Assembly (NCBI GenBank): GCA_965223265.1
Contig: OZ244999.1
Span: forward strand, 9,056,001-9,120,000
Length of the DNA: 64,000 nt
Source of the DNA: Planctomycetota bacterium
GTDB lineage: Bacteria; Planctomycetota; UBA8108; SXIK01
Reading direction: 5' to 3'
Position numbers and translations under genes: made by a program. The notes under the pieces were generated by a model, which ran no database searches, was not told the DNA's origin, and saw nothing but the letters and a program-made list of their open reading frames with translations. Every line of letters begins with the position of its first letter. Positions within the stretch are counted from its first letter, which is position 1. Below, in pieces: positions 1-10,444 of this stretch.

Positions 1-195
1 GGTGGGCAAGTGATCGGCGCGACCGATCGTTGGGCAGCGGAGGCGACCGAGCGGCCGGTACACTTCCAAGAAGTGCTGGCGACGCTTTATCACAACGTCG
101 GCATCGACGTCAATTCGACGACGGTTCCGGACCTCTCCGGGCGGCCTCAGTATCTCGTCGACGAGGCGAGGCAGCCGTTGCCGGAGCTCGTCTGA
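1..195 (+). CDS. DUF1501-family protein, C-terminal fragment (5' truncated by window)
   Basis: Frame open from base 1: GGQVIGATD...PVHFQEVLATLYHNVGID...DLSGRPQYLV...PLPELV, the typical C-terminus of planctomycete DUF1501 proteins. Confidence 0.8.
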   Translation, partial: GGQVIGATDRWAAEATERPVHFQEVLATLYHNVGIDVNSTTVPDLSGRPQYLVDEARQPLPELV

Positions 196-253
196 GTGTC
201 GACCGCCATCCGCACAAGCCGCTGACGGACCTCAGGACGCTGCGGTCGGCGTT

Positions 254-1252
254 CTAAGTGGTGCTGGCGCCAGTGAGAATCCTCGTGACGATCTTGGGGC
301 CTTCGTAGATCAGGCCCGTGTAGAGCTCGACGAGTTCGGCACCCGCCTGGCGCTTCTCCTGATAGTCGGCGGCGGTGAATACGCCACCGACACCGACGAT
401 CGTTAGGGCGCCGTGGCACTCGTCGCGAATCATGCGCACGACTTCTGTGCTACGCATCGTGAGGGGTTTTCCGCTCAATCCTCCTGACTCGGTGAGTTCG
501 ATGCTGGAGTGATCGATCGTCGTGTTCGTCGCGACGATGCCGCTGAGCTCAACGTCTCGAGCGAGCGCGACGATCGCCCGAATGTCTTGCGAGCTGAGGT
601 CGGGCGCGATCTTCACCAAGAGCGGCTTCGCCGCACGGTTTTCGTGTTGAAGGAGTTCGAGGATCGGTTTGAGTCGGTCCGGCGATTGGAGGTCTCGCAG
701 TCCGGGGGTGTTCGGAGAGCTGACGTTGACGACGAAGAAATCGGCGAGATCGTAAAGCTGCCGGAACGAGTAGAGATAGTCAGTCGCGGCGTCTTCGATT
801 GTCGTGACGCGCGACTTGCCGATGTTGGCTCCAATGACGAAGCCGTCGTCAGGAAATCGTTGGCGATATTGGCGCAGCCGAGCAGCGATCACATCCGCAC
901 CGTCGTTTGGGAAGCCGAGCCGGTTGACGAGCCCACGTTCCCGGCGGCAGCGAAAAAGGCGGGGCCGGGGATTGCCGGGCTGGGGGTGCCGAGTGGCCGT
1001 GCCGATCTCAACGAATCCGAAGCCGAGCGCTTTCCATGCCCGGAGCGCGATTGCGTTTTTGTCGAAACCGGCTGCCAGACCGAGGCGATTGCGAAACGTT
1101 AGGTTCCACAGTTGCAACGGATCGCGCGGCGCCTCGGCCGTGCCAATCACCGCGCCGAAACCAGGTTGGGAGAGCAGGCGCAGAGCGGCGTGGTGCGCAG
1201 TCTCTGGGTTGAGGCCGAAGAGAATCGGGCGGAGAACCCGGGAGTAGAGCAT
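254..1252 (-). CDS. pyrD: Quinone-dependent dihydroorotate dehydrogenase (class 2)
   Basis: Motifs PETAH, GLAAGFDKN, QPGNPRPRLFR, NRLGFPNDG, NIGKS, NVSSPNTPGLR, KIAPDL, TNTT, GGLSGKP. Confidence 0.97.
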   Translation of the reverse strand: MLYSRVLRPILFGLNPETAHHAALRLLSQPGFGAVIGTAEAPRDPLQLWNLTFRNRLGLAAGFDKNAIALRAWKALGFGFVEIGTATRHPQPGNPRPRLFRCRRERGLVNRLGFPNDGADVIAARLRQYRQRFPDDGFVIGANIGKSRVTTIEDAATDYLYSFRQLYDLADFFVVNVSSPNTPGLRDLQSPDRLKPILELLQHENRAAKPLLVKIAPDLSSQDIRAIVALARDVELSGIVATNTTIDHSSIELTESGGLSGKPLTMRSTEVVRMIRDECHGALTIVGVGGVFTAADYQEKRQAGAELVELYTGLIYEGPKIVTRILTGASTT

Positions 1253-1667
1253 GGGGCGAGTCGACCTGAGTGTGGAGCCGTCCGGAACGATCGTGATTGG
1301 CTCCTCACTATAGAAGCTAACTCAGTTCCTGCAAAGAGGTTGCTCGTCCGTCGAGTCCGCCTGCAGTCGGCGACTGTGCCCGAGACCTCTACCGTGCACG
1401 AAGATGGTGGGCACGATTCGGGCTGGAGCGCCGTTTTTTCTTCAGATTCTTCTCGACGACGAGTTACTCTATTTGCTCGGAGCGTCTCCGCTCTGTCGAC
1501 TCTCGGCGGCGGTTGGCGCCGGATGTATGGGGCCCATACATCCAACAACGAGGTCTCTGGTTAGCTACGTACCCTTCATCTCGATACCAAGTTATCGAAC
1601 GGCGCTCTCACGGATTGACACCGCTCGAGTTCGCCGCTCTCGACTCTCTTTTTCCGAGGAGGTTCAC

Positions 1668-4600
1668 ATGCGTTGGATTCCTTTGAGCGCTGTCGCTATT
1701 GCTTGTTTTCTAGCGGCACCACTTGCCGCTGGAGAATCGTGCTGCGCGAAGCTCGCACAGGCGCAGAAGAGTGTTGACGCTCTTTTGGCCAAGTGGCAGC
1801 AAGCCGTGGGCTCTCTCGACGCGGACCAGCAGCGAAGCGCTGCCAGCGAGTTCGCGGAGGTAGCGAAGTCTTGCCCGATCGGTTCCCGAGTCCGGCGGAG
1901 TGTTTTCATTGCGCACGATGCATTGGCCGCGGCTGCTAAAGCAGACGAGGAGTGCAGGGCCGCTTGCGCCAAGAAAGAAAAAGGTGAGGTGTGCGCGAAG
2001 TTGGCTGCTGCTGCCAAGGCGCGCTCGCAGCTGATCGGCTCGCTGAAGACGCTGGCGGCGCACGCTGCGTCGGGGCTTGGTCAGAACGAATCATTGGCAG
2101 CCGTCGCCAAGGGTGATGCCGCGTGTGCGAAGAGCAAAGCGGTAGCAGGGAAGGGCTTCTGCGCCAAGAGCGCCGAGAAGCTTGCCACAGCGATTCGCGG
2201 CGAGTCTTGCCAGAAGAAGGGTGCGAAGCTTCTGTTGTCGGAGGTTGAAGGACTGAGCTGTGCGAAGAGCGCCGAGAAGCTCGTTGCTGCGGTTCAGGCT
2301 GCAGGCTGCGCAAAGTCGGGCGGGAAGCTAATCAAGGCGAAGGTCGATGAGCTTGCTGGCGTGAAGGCTTGCGCGAAGAAGAGCGAGGCCTGCGCCAAGA
2401 GCAAAGCTGTAGCTGCGAAGGGTTTCTGCGCCAAGAGCGCGGAGAAGCTTGCGGCGGCGATCCGCGGCGAAGCCTGTCAGAAGAAGGGAGCGAAGCTCCT
2501 TCTCTCTGAGGTTGAGGGTTTGAGCTGCGCGAAGAGTGCCGAGAAGCTTGTCGCTGCGGTTCAGGCTGCAGGCTGCGCAAAGTCGGGCGGGAAGCTAATC
2601 AAGGCGAAGGTCGATGAGCTTGCTGGCGTGAAGGCTTGCGCGAAGAAGAGCGAGGCCTGCGCCAAGAGCAAAGCTGTAGCTGCGAAGGGTTTCTGCGCCA
2701 AGAGCGCGGAGAAGCTTGCGGCGGCGATCCGCGGCGAAGCCTGTCAGAAGAAGGGAGCGAAGCTCCTTCTCTCTGAGGTTGAGGGTTTGAGCTGCGCGAA
2801 GAGTGCCGAGAAGCTTGTCGCTGCGGTGAAGTCAGCAGGCTGCGAGAAGTCAGCTGGGAAGCTGATCAAGGCGAAGGTCGATGAGCTTGCTGGCGTGAAG
2901 GCTTGCGCGAAGAAGAGCGAGGCCTGCGCCAAGAGCAAGGCTGTAGCTGCGAAGGGCTTCTGTGCCAAGAGCGCCGAGAAGCTTGCCACAGCGATTCGCG
3001 GCGAGTCTTGCCAGAAGAAGGGCGCGAAGCTTCTGTTGTCGGAGGTTGAAGGACTGAGCTGCGCGAAGAGCGCCGAGAAGCTCGTTGCTGCGGTGAAGTC
3101 AGCAGGCTGCGAGAAGTCAGCCGGGAAGCTGATCAAGGCGAAGGTCGATGAGCTTGCTGGCGTGAAGGCTTGCGCGAAGAAGAGCGAAGCCTGCGCCAAG
3201 AGCAAAGCTGTAGCTGCGAAGGGTTTCTGCGCCAAGAGCGCGGAGAAGCTTGCGGTGGCGATCCGCGGCGAAGCCTGTCAGAAGAAGGGAGCGAAGCTCC
3301 TTCTCTCTGAGGTTGAGGGCTTGAACTGCGCGAAGAGTGCCGAGACGCTTGTCGCCGCGGTGAAATCAGCAGGCTGCGCGAAGTCAGCCGGGAAGTTGAT
3401 CACGGCGAAGGTCGATGAGCTTGCCTGTGTGAAAGCCTGCGCGAAGAAGAGCGAAGCCTGCGCCAAGAGCAAGGCTGTAGCTGCGAAGGGTTTCTGCGCC
3501 AAGAGCGCCGAGAAGCTTGCGGCGGCGATCCGCGGCGAAGCCTGTCAGAAGAAGGGAGCGAAGCTCCTTCTCTCTGAGGTTGAGGGCTTGAGCTGCGCGA
3601 AGAGCGCCGAGAAGCTCGTTGCTGCGGTGAAATCGGCAGGCTGCGAGAAGTCAGCCGGGAAGCTGATCAAGGCGAAGGTTGATGAGCTTGCCGGCGTGAA
3701 GGCTTGCGCGAAGAAGAGCGAAGCCTGCGCCAAGAGCAAGGCTGTAGCTGCGAAGGGTTTCTGCGCCAAGAGCGCCGAGAAGCTTGCGGCGGCGATCCGC
3801 GGCGAAGCCTGTCAGAAGAAGGGAGCGAAGCTTCTTCTCTCTGAGGTTGAAGGACTGAGCTGCGCGAAGAGTGCCGAGAATCTTGTCGCTGCGGTGAAGT
3901 CAGCAGGCTGCGAGAAGTCAGCCGGGAAGCTGATCAAGGCGAAGGTCGATGAGCTTGCCTGTGTGAAAGCCTGCGCGAAGAAGAGCGAAGCCTGCGCCAA
4001 GAGCAAGGCTGTAGCTGCGAAGGGTTTCTGCGCCAAGAGCGCCGAGAAGCTTGCGGCGGCGATCCGCGGCGAAGCCTGTCAGAAGAAGGGAGCGAAGCTC
4101 CTTCTCTCTGAGGTTGAGGGCTTGAGCTGCGCGAAGAGCGCCGAGAAGCTCGTTGCTGCGGTGAAATCGGCAGGCTGCGAGAAGTCAGCCGGGAAGCTGA
4201 TCAAGGCGAAGGTTGATGAGCTTGCCGGCGTGAAGGCTTGCGCGAAGAAGAGCGAAGCCTGCGCCAAGAGCAAGGCTGTAGCTGCGAAGGGTTTCTGCGC
4301 CAAGAGCGCCGAGAAGCTTGCGGCGGCGATCCGCGGCGAAGCCTGTCAGAAGAAGGGAGCGAAGCTTCTTCTCTCTGAGGTTGAAGGACTGAGCTGCGCG
4401 AAGAGTGCCGAGAATCTTGTCGCTGCGGTGAAGTCAGCAGGCTGCGAGAAGTCAGCCGGGAAGCTGATCAAGGCGAAGGTCGATGAGCTTGCCTGTGTGA
4501 AAGCCTGCGCGAAGAAGAGCGAAGCCTGCGCCAAGAGCAAGGCTGTAGCTGCGAAGGGTTTCTGCGCCAAGAGCGCCGAGAAGCTTGCGGCGGCGATCCG

Positions 4601-5186
4601 CGGCGAAGCCTGTCAGAAGAAGGGAGCGAAGCTCCTTCTCTCTGAGGTTGAGGGCTTGAGCTGCGCGAAGAGCGCCGAGAAGCTCGTTGCTGCGGTGAAA
4701 TCGGCAGGCTGCGAGAAGTCAGCCGGGAAGCTGATCAAGGCGAAGGTCGATGAGCTTGCTGGCGTGAAGGCTTGCGCGAAGAAGCAAGGAAAGTCCGCCT
4801 GCGCCAAGTCGGTTGCCGCTCGCGCGCGTTCTCTCCTGGCTGAACTCGACGGCGCTCCCGCCGAGTTTGCAGCGCTCTCTGAAGCGAAGCGCGGCGAGAT
4901 CTACGCTGGTGTTCACCGCGTCATGGGAAGCAATGCGGCCGCAGCTCTCGTGCCCGAGACGATCATGACCCTTGCGCATGGCTTGGAAGCCCTGACGGCT
5001 GCCGATCAAGCCATGCTGAAGGCGCTCGAGACTCAGGAAGCGATCCGCAAGATGGTGACGCCCGAGATGGAGAGCAAGTTCCGCACCAATGCCGAGGCTC
5101 TCCGCGAGACCAGCGCGCTTCTGCAGAAGGCAGTCGCTGTGATCGAAAGATCGAAAGAGTCTGCCGAGAAGCGAGCTGACGATTGA
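1668..5186 (+). CDS. Secreted Cys/Lys/Ala-rich tandem-repeat protein (~1172 aa)
   Basis: ATG at 1668 follows GAGGAGG RBS; signal peptide MRWIPLSAVAIACFLAAPLAA; ten 89-aa repeats; terminator downstream. The ORF-track start at 1404 is probably too far upstream. Confidence 0.85.
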   Translation: MRWIPLSAVAIACFLAAPLAAGESCCAKLAQAQKSVDALLAKWQQAVGSLDADQQRSAASEFAEVAKSCPIGSRVRRSVFIAHDALAAAAKADEECRAACAKKEKGEVCAKLAAAAKARSQLIGSLKTLAAHAASGLGQNESLAAVAKGDAACAKSKAVAGKGFCAKSAEKLATAIRGESCQKKGAKLLLSEVEGLSCAKSAEKLVAAVQAAGCAKSGGKLIKAKVDELAGVKACAKKSEACAKSKAVAAKGFCAKSAEKLAAAIRGEACQKKGAKLLLSEVEGLSCAKSAEKLVAAVQAAGCAKSGGKLIKAKVDELAGVKACAKKSEACAKSKAVAAKGFCAKSAEKLAAAIRGEACQKKGAKLLLSEVEGLSCAKSAEKLVAAVKSAGCEKSAGKLIKAKVDELAGVKACAKKSEACAKSKAVAAKGFCAKSAEKLATAIRGESCQKKGAKLLLSEVEGLSCAKSAEKLVAAVKSAGCEKSAGKLIKAKVDELAGVKACAKKSEACAKSKAVAAKGFCAKSAEKLAVAIRGEACQKKGAKLLLSEVEGLNCAKSAETLVAAVKSAGCAKSAGKLITAKVDELACVKACAKKSEACAKSKAVAAKGFCAKSAEKLAAAIRGEACQKKGAKLLLSEVEGLSCAKSAEKLVAAVKSAGCEKSAGKLIKAKVDELAGVKACAKKSEACAKSKAVAAKGFCAKSAEKLAAAIRGEACQKKGAKLLLSEVEGLSCAKSAENLVAAVKSAGCEKSAGKLIKAKVDELACVKACAKKSEACAKSKAVAAKGFCAKSAEKLAAAIRGEACQKKGAKLLLSEVEGLSCAKSAEKLVAAVKSAGCEKSAGKLIKAKVDELAGVKACAKKSEACAKSKAVAAKGFCAKSAEKLAAAIRGEACQKKGAKLLLSEVEGLSCAKSAENLVAAVKSAGCEKSAGKLIKAKVDELACVKACAKKSEACAKSKAVAAKGFCAKSAEKLAAAIRGEACQKKGAKLLLSEVEGLSCAKSAEKLVAAVKSAGCEKSAGKLIKAKVDELAGVKACAKKQGKSACAKSVAARARSLLAELDGAPAEFAALSEAKRGEIYAGVHRVMGSNAAAALVPETIMTLAHGLEALTAADQAMLKALETQEAIRKMVTPEMESKFRTNAEALRETSALLQKAVAVIERSKESAEKRADD
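2120..4790 (+). repeat. Intragenic tandem repeat, 267-bp unit, ~10 copies
   Basis: GFCAKSAEKL occurs 10 times; antisense ORF boundaries at 3278, 3545, 3812, 4079, 4346 and 4613 are spaced exactly 267 bp apart. Confidence 0.97.
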
Positions 5187-5210
5187 CACTCTGCTGACTC
5201 TCTGGCAGAT

Positions 5211-5249
5211 AACGGGCGCGAGTCGTTTCACGGCTCGCGCCCGTTTTTT
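5211..5249 (+). terminator. Rho-independent terminator
   Basis: AACGGGCGCGAGTCG-TTTCA-CGGCTCGCGCCCGTT followed by a T-run, ~25 nt after the repeat-protein stop. Confidence 0.85.
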
Positions 5250-5317
5250 CGTTTGGTGGGGGACACTCCATCACTAAGATGCGCGGCGATCGGGCACGCA
5301 TCGAGCAAGGAGCTAGA

Positions 5318-6595
5318 ATGGACGCGTTGAGACGTCGGGAGACGATTGGGGTCCGTGTGGGAAAGGTGCAGGTAGGCGGTGGAGCGCCGATCGTCGTCCA
5401 GTCGATGGCGAACACCGACACCGCAGATGTGGAGACGACGACGATCCAGGTGATGGAACTAGCCGAGGCCGGCTCTGAGCTCGTCCGTATCACGGTCAAC
5501 AACAACGCGGCGGCAAAGGCCGTCCCAGAGATCCGGAAGCGCCTGGACGATGCAGGCTGCGCCGTGCCCCTCATTGGTGACTTCCACTACAACGGCCATC
5601 AGCTTTTGCGCGCCTACCCTGCGTGCGCGCTCGCACTCGATAAGTACCGCATCAATCCAGGTAACGTGGGCAGCGGCAAGCGTCGTGACGAGCAGTTCGC
5701 GACGATCTGTGAAGTGGCGATCGAGAACAACAAGCCCGTCCGCATCGGTGTCAATGCGGGCAGCCTCGATCAAGAGCTCGTCATGCGAAAGATGCAGGAG
5801 AACACCGACCAGGAGCTTGGCCTCGATTCCGAAGGCATCCTCAGCGAGTGCATGGTGATCTCAGCTCTGCAGTCGACGGAGATGGCGCTTGAGTGCGGTC
5901 TCCGTGAAGACCAAATCATTATTTCCTGCAAGATTTCCCAACCGCGGCATCTGATCACTCTTTATCGGGAGCTGGCGTCAAAGACGCGGCAACCTCTCCA
6001 CCTTGGACTCACCGAGGCGGGAATGGGGATCAAGGGGTGCGTTTGGTCCGCGACGTGTATGGGTATTCTGCTTCATGAAGGAATTGGCGACACCATTCGT
6101 GTCTCCTTGACTCCCAAGCCGGGTGGCGATCGCCGCGAAGAGGTTTACGCCGCGCAGGAAATCCTCCAATCCCTCGGGCTGCGCGCATTCGCGCCGAGCG
6201 TCACGGCTTGCCCCGGTTGTGGCCGCACCACGAGCACCGTGTTTCAAGAGCTGGCGGAGGAAATCCAGGCGTACGTTCGCGACCGTATGAGCGAGTGGAA
6301 GAAACAGTACGAAGGCGTCGAGGAATTAACACTCGCAGTCATGGGCTGCGTCGTCAACGGACCCGGAGAAAGCCGTGCTGCAAACATCGGCATTAGTCTA
6401 CCGGGCACAGGCGAGGAGCCTACATGCCCCGTCTATATCGACGGCAAACGCGTCAAGAATCTGAAGGGTTCCCCTGAGGAGCTAGCGCGGGAGTTTCGTC
6501 AGCTCGTCGACGACTACGTCGTCGCCAAGTATCCACCGGCGACTCCAACGGCTGCGATCGATGGCGAGCAAGAACGGCGCAGAGTGCGTCAGTAG
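5318..6595 (+). CDS. ispG: (E)-4-hydroxy-3-methylbut-2-enyl-diphosphate synthase (flavodoxin-dependent)
   Basis: [70 protein letters not shown]; AAGGAG RBS before ATG 5318. Confidence 0.97.
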   Translation: MDALRRRETIGVRVGKVQVGGGAPIVVQSMANTDTADVETTTIQVMELAEAGSELVRITVNNNAAAKAVPEIRKRLDDAGCAVPLIGDFHYNGHQLLRAYPACALALDKYRINPGNVGSGKRRDEQFATICEVAIENNKPVRIGVNAGSLDQELVMRKMQENTDQELGLDSEGILSECMVISALQSTEMALECGLREDQIIISCKISQPRHLITLYRELASKTRQPLHLGLTEAGMGIKGCVWSATCMGILLHEGIGDTIRVSLTPKPGGDRREEVYAAQEILQSLGLRAFAPSVTACPGCGRTTSTVFQELAEEIQAYVRDRMSEWKKQYEGVEELTLAVMGCVVNGPGESRAANIGISLPGTGEEPTCPVYIDGKRVKNLKGSPEELAREFRQLVDDYVVAKYPPATPTAAIDGEQERRRVRQ

Positions 6596-6642
6596 AGGTT
6601 CAAACGTCGCCGAAGGCCACATCCCAGAAGGCTGGATTCAGC

Positions 6643-7884
6643 TCACTCTCCCTGGCATCGCCGGATAGCGCGACCGAAGCGCTCCGCCGCTGCCGGCAAG
6701 TCGTGGCTCGGAAGGTAGCCGAAGCTGAGCCGCACTTTGTTGTTGCCACCGCCTGCGTAGCAGAGATCGCCGGGGACGTAGACGACTTTTTCCTTGAGAC
6801 ACGTCTCAAAAAACTCAGAGGTGGCGCTGGTGTCAAAACCGGGAGGAGCCGTCAACCAAAGATACAAACCGCCGGAAGTGTTCTCCCAGTGCCAGCCGTC
6901 CTCGCGGATTCCACTTGCTATGATTGCATCCTGCAGAACGTCCCGTTTGGCCAGGTAGGAAGGGCGGAGGTGTTTGAGGAATGCTTCGTAGGTCCCGCGT
7001 CCTATCGCTTCCTCGACAATAGCCTGCGCGAGATTCGACGTGCCGAAATCCTGGGCGCGTTTCAGATCGAGAACCCGCTCCCGTAGCGCCGTATGTCGGG
7101 TGAGCAAGTAGCCGACTTTGATGCCGGTTGCGAACGTTTTCGTGAACGTCCCCACGACGATCACGGGACGATCCTCGTGATCTTTCTCGAGAAGCGTCGG
7201 GGCGGGCCACGGATCTGAAAAGTAGAAATCGCGATACGCTATGTCCTCGATCACCGCGGCGCGCACGTCTCGCGCCTTCATTACGGCCGCCAGTGCTTGC
7301 TTCTGCGAAGTATCCAGGCTCAAGCAGCTCGGATTCGAGTAGTAGCTGACAAGGTAGACTGCACGGACTCGGTCGAGGTCGCCGCTTTTCGACAGGTGAT
7401 CGAAAAAGTCGTCGAGTGGCGCGGCGTCGAGCCGATCGTCTCGATGAGGAAGGCTGATCGCTCGCACACCGAGAGTCTCGAGAACGTCGAGAAAAACGAA
7501 GTACGTTGGGGACTCGACGAGAACGATATCACCCGGCCGGCAGAGCGCCTGGACGGCGAGAAAGAGTGCTTGCTGCGAACCGTTTGTTACCAAGACGTCG
7601 TCGACTTCGATGCCGCCAGGATCCACTTGACACGCATGATCTTGCTCAGAAACGTAGTCGCAGATCAGACCGCGGAGCTTCTGCCGCCCTGCCGGAAAGC
7701 CGTACTGGAGAACCTCGCGCACTTTCCTCTTTCCCAAGAGGTCGTCCACAATTTCTCTCACGGAATCGATCGGCAACAGGTCGTTGTCAGTGAATCCCGC
7801 CGCCAACGAGAGCAGCCCTGGGACTTCGAGCGCACGCCGCATGAGGGATGCGACGTTGATCTTTGGGTTCGTTTCGGAATGCAT
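6643..7884 (-). CDS. PLP-dependent aminotransferase, class I/II (LysN/MocR-like, no HTH)
   Basis: LQYG, TNGSQQAL, ESPTYF, NPS, EDIAY, GTFTKTFATGIKVGY (PLP lysine), GGLYLW, RLSF. Confidence 0.9.
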   Translation of the reverse strand: MHSETNPKINVASLMRRALEVPGLLSLAAGFTDNDLLPIDSVREIVDDLLGKRKVREVLQYGFPAGRQKLRGLICDYVSEQDHACQVDPGGIEVDDVLVTNGSQQALFLAVQALCRPGDIVLVESPTYFVFLDVLETLGVRAISLPHRDDRLDAAPLDDFFDHLSKSGDLDRVRAVYLVSYYSNPSCLSLDTSQKQALAAVMKARDVRAAVIEDIAYRDFYFSDPWPAPTLLEKDHEDRPVIVVGTFTKTFATGIKVGYLLTRHTALRERVLDLKRAQDFGTSNLAQAIVEEAIGRGTYEAFLKHLRPSYLAKRDVLQDAIIASGIREDGWHWENTSGGLYLWLTAPPGFDTSATSEFFETCLKEKVVYVPGDLCYAGGGNNKVRLSFGYLPSHDLPAAAERFGRAIRRCQGE

Positions 7885-8146
7885 ATGCGCTAGACCATTG
7901 TCGAGTGGCGATGTTACACCGGGACGGGAGCGACCCGCTACTGGCGGCGCGACCGATCCCGAATTGTGAGGAGAGCGGCAGGGTTGCCGCTATCGAATCT
8001 ACGGGCGCCGCCCGACCAGAGAGAGTCAGCCCTGACCGGTGTTTCAGGCGTCGGCGCGCGCCGAGCTTGAAATGTACGTGTGCGTTCAGCGGCTTTGTCT
8101 CTATGGCCGATATATCGACTGAGAGGGTTCGTCCAAATAAGAGCGA

Positions 8147-9271
8147 ATGCAATCGCTAGGTACCCACACTGTGCCCGACCAGCCGCACATCTCCATCGTC
8201 TATCTCTCGTATCACTCAGAGCCGTATCTCGATGAGTTCGTCGAATCGGTGCGTCGACTCACCTACCCATTCGAGCGGCTCGAGCTGGTTGTTGTCGATA
8301 ACCCGCACCCAGATCATGGCAGCTCGATGCGGGCACTTGAAGAGCGTCTGGGACCGCTTTCCGGGAAGTCCTTTCCACGGGTGAAACTGTTGCCGCAAAC
8401 GAAGAATCGCGGATTCGCCCACGGCATGAATGTGGGGATTGCCTACGCCTTGCAGCGTGGGAGCGAGTACGTGTACCTGCACAACGACGATGGGCTCATG
8501 GCACCCGGCGCCTTGGAGCCTCTTGTCGAGGCGATGGCGGCCGACGACTCGGTCGGAGCCGCTCAGTCCCTCATTCTTCTTCACCCGGAGACTCATCTGG
8601 TCAACAGTGCTGGTAACGTTCTTCATTTCTGTTTCTTCGGCTACTGCGACCAGTACCGCCAACCGGCGGACGAAATCGAACTGCCGGCGGTCAAGGAGGT
8701 GGGCTTCGCGAGCGGTGCGGCGCTGCTTTGCCGCGCGGAACTCCTACAACAGTTCGGTGGCTTCGACGAGGACCTGGCGCTTTACTGCGAGGATCTTGAG
8801 TATTCCTGTCGGCTGCGCTTGCAGGGTTACAAGAGTGTCGTCGTGCGGGATTCGCACTTTTTTCACAAGTATCGATTCGATCGCAATACGGCGAAATTCT
8901 ACTGGCTGGAGCGTAACCGCCACGCAGTCATGCTCATGATGCTTCGCGCCCCGACGCTCGTGCTACTGGCGCCTATGGTTTTGCTACTGGAGCTCGCTCT
9001 CATAGCGTTCGCCTGGCGCCACGGGTGGTTGAGCCTACGTCTGCGGGTCTATGCCCATTGGCTGAGGTGGAAGAACTGCAGGCTCTGGCTGAGGAAGCGA
9101 CGACGATTACAACGAACTCGCACGTGTTCCGATCGCAGCTTGCTGGAAATTGCAACCGCGCGACTTGAGTTTCACGAGCAGACGGTCAGAAGCCCGCTAC
9201 TTCGCTACGTCGGCAACCCGATTCTCTCGTTCTACTACTACGCGGTCATTCGTACGCTTGTGTGGTGGTAG
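8147..9271 (+). CDS. Glycosyltransferase family 2
   Basis: VVVDN, NRGFAHGMNVG, LHNDD, SGAALL, GGFDE, EDLEYS..R motifs; hydrophobic C-terminus. Confidence 0.9.
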   Translation: MQSLGTHTVPDQPHISIVYLSYHSEPYLDEFVESVRRLTYPFERLELVVVDNPHPDHGSSMRALEERLGPLSGKSFPRVKLLPQTKNRGFAHGMNVGIAYALQRGSEYVYLHNDDGLMAPGALEPLVEAMAADDSVGAAQSLILLHPETHLVNSAGNVLHFCFFGYCDQYRQPADEIELPAVKEVGFASGAALLCRAELLQQFGGFDEDLALYCEDLEYSCRLRLQGYKSVVVRDSHFFHKYRFDRNTAKFYWLERNRHAVMLMMLRAPTLVLLAPMVLLLELALIAFAWRHGWLSLRLRVYAHWLRWKNCRLWLRKRRRLQRTRTCSDRSLLEIATARLEFHEQTVRSPLLRYVGNPILSFYYYAVIRTLVWW

Positions 9272-9326
9272 TGTCGTTGAGGGTGTGGTGTCACACATGG
9301 CTGCACCCGTCGAATTCTAATTCACC

Positions 9327-10283
9327 CTACAGAAAGAGATCCTGAGCCAGTGACTTCCACCCGCGCGAGTACCGTCCGTAGTGACGGGTCAACATCTCGT
9401 GCATGACTCGCGGGAGGCGGCGGGACTGACGCATTCTGGCTTTGGCGTGAAAGTGACGGATTTTGTCCTCGAGCGCGTCAAGAATCGCTGGATCGCGCAC
9501 CCGGTCTCGGCTTTGCTGCAGGCGATCGAGCGCTAGAAAGTAGTCGAGCGCGGTTCCAAGAAAAGTGGCTGTGCCCTGTTGTCGAGCAACGTTGATTTTC
9601 TCGCGTAGTGTGGTCTTCTTGCCGCCAAGCTGTTGACCTGGGTGCTGTCGATACTCGATCAGCGGCGAAGCGATCGGCGTTCCGACTGCGACGCAGCTCA
9701 ATAGCAGGCCAATCCATCCATCTTGTACCCAACTCGATGGGATAGGCAGGAGGAGATCTCGAAACGATGCTCGAAAGGCAAGGGTTGCTCCGGTGACGAC
9801 GTTGTATCGAAGAAGAACGGAGACGCCGCTGCCGCTTTGAAACATTCGCTGCTGGCGTCGCGTGAAACCTACTGCCTCCCAAAGGCGATAGCCGAGAGCT
9901 TGTCTGTGGAGATCGACGACGAGTGCGTCAGAGAAGACGAACGCAGCGTCGGGACGAGCTCGAAATTCGGCCTCGAGTCGAGACAGTTTCTGCGGTAGCC
10001 AGACGTCGTCTTGGTCACACAGCGCAACGATCTCTCCGTCGCAAAGCGATATCGCGCGTTCAAAGTTTTTGGTTGAGCCCAGATTCTCTGGATTGGCAAA
10101 GATGCGTACAGGTACCGCGGCTTTGGCTCTGAACGACTCTGCGATCGTGAGCGTCGCATCCGTCGATCCATCGTCACAGATCACGATTTCGTCTGGCGGT
10201 CGAGTCTGAGAAGCGATGCTGGCCAGTTGGAGCTCGAGGAATGCCGCGCCGTTGTAGGTGCACAGGGCAACGGAGATTTTCAT
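9327..10283 (-). CDS. Glycosyltransferase family 2
   Basis: ISVALCTYNG, CDDGSTD, NLGSTKNF, CDQDDVW, VTGAT, YRQH. Confidence 0.93.
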   Translation of the reverse strand: MKISVALCTYNGAAFLELQLASIASQTRPPDEIVICDDGSTDATLTIAESFRAKAAVPVRIFANPENLGSTKNFERAISLCDGEIVALCDQDDVWLPQKLSRLEAEFRARPDAAFVFSDALVVDLHRQALGYRLWEAVGFTRRQQRMFQSGSGVSVLLRYNVVTGATLAFRASFRDLLLPIPSSWVQDGWIGLLLSCVAVGTPIASPLIEYRQHPGQQLGGKKTTLREKINVARQQGTATFLGTALDYFLALDRLQQSRDRVRDPAILDALEDKIRHFHAKARMRQSRRLPRVMHEMLTRHYGRYSRGWKSLAQDLFL

Positions 10284-10444
10284 TCGGAGTTGCTCAGCTT
10301 TATCAACCTGTCGTTGCCCGTGCCGTTATCAGTTCATGCCGAGTGTTCACCGCATCAAGCGGTACCGACGATAACTGCTGATGAAATCGGCTCCGCGTTG
10401 TTGGCGCGTTCATCGAAACTTTCCGACTCGAGCGTTCTGAGCTC

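Noticed and set aside
2120-4790. Repeat array as a CRISPR array or multiheme cytochrome
   Set aside because: Units are 267 bp, in frame and without unique spacers; no cas genes; no CxxCH motifs.
2744-4807. Series of 74-aa minus-strand ORFs (MAQKPFAATALL...) resembling repeated secreted peptides
   Set aside because: Antisense shadows of the coding repeat; the plus strand has the RBS, signal peptide and terminator.
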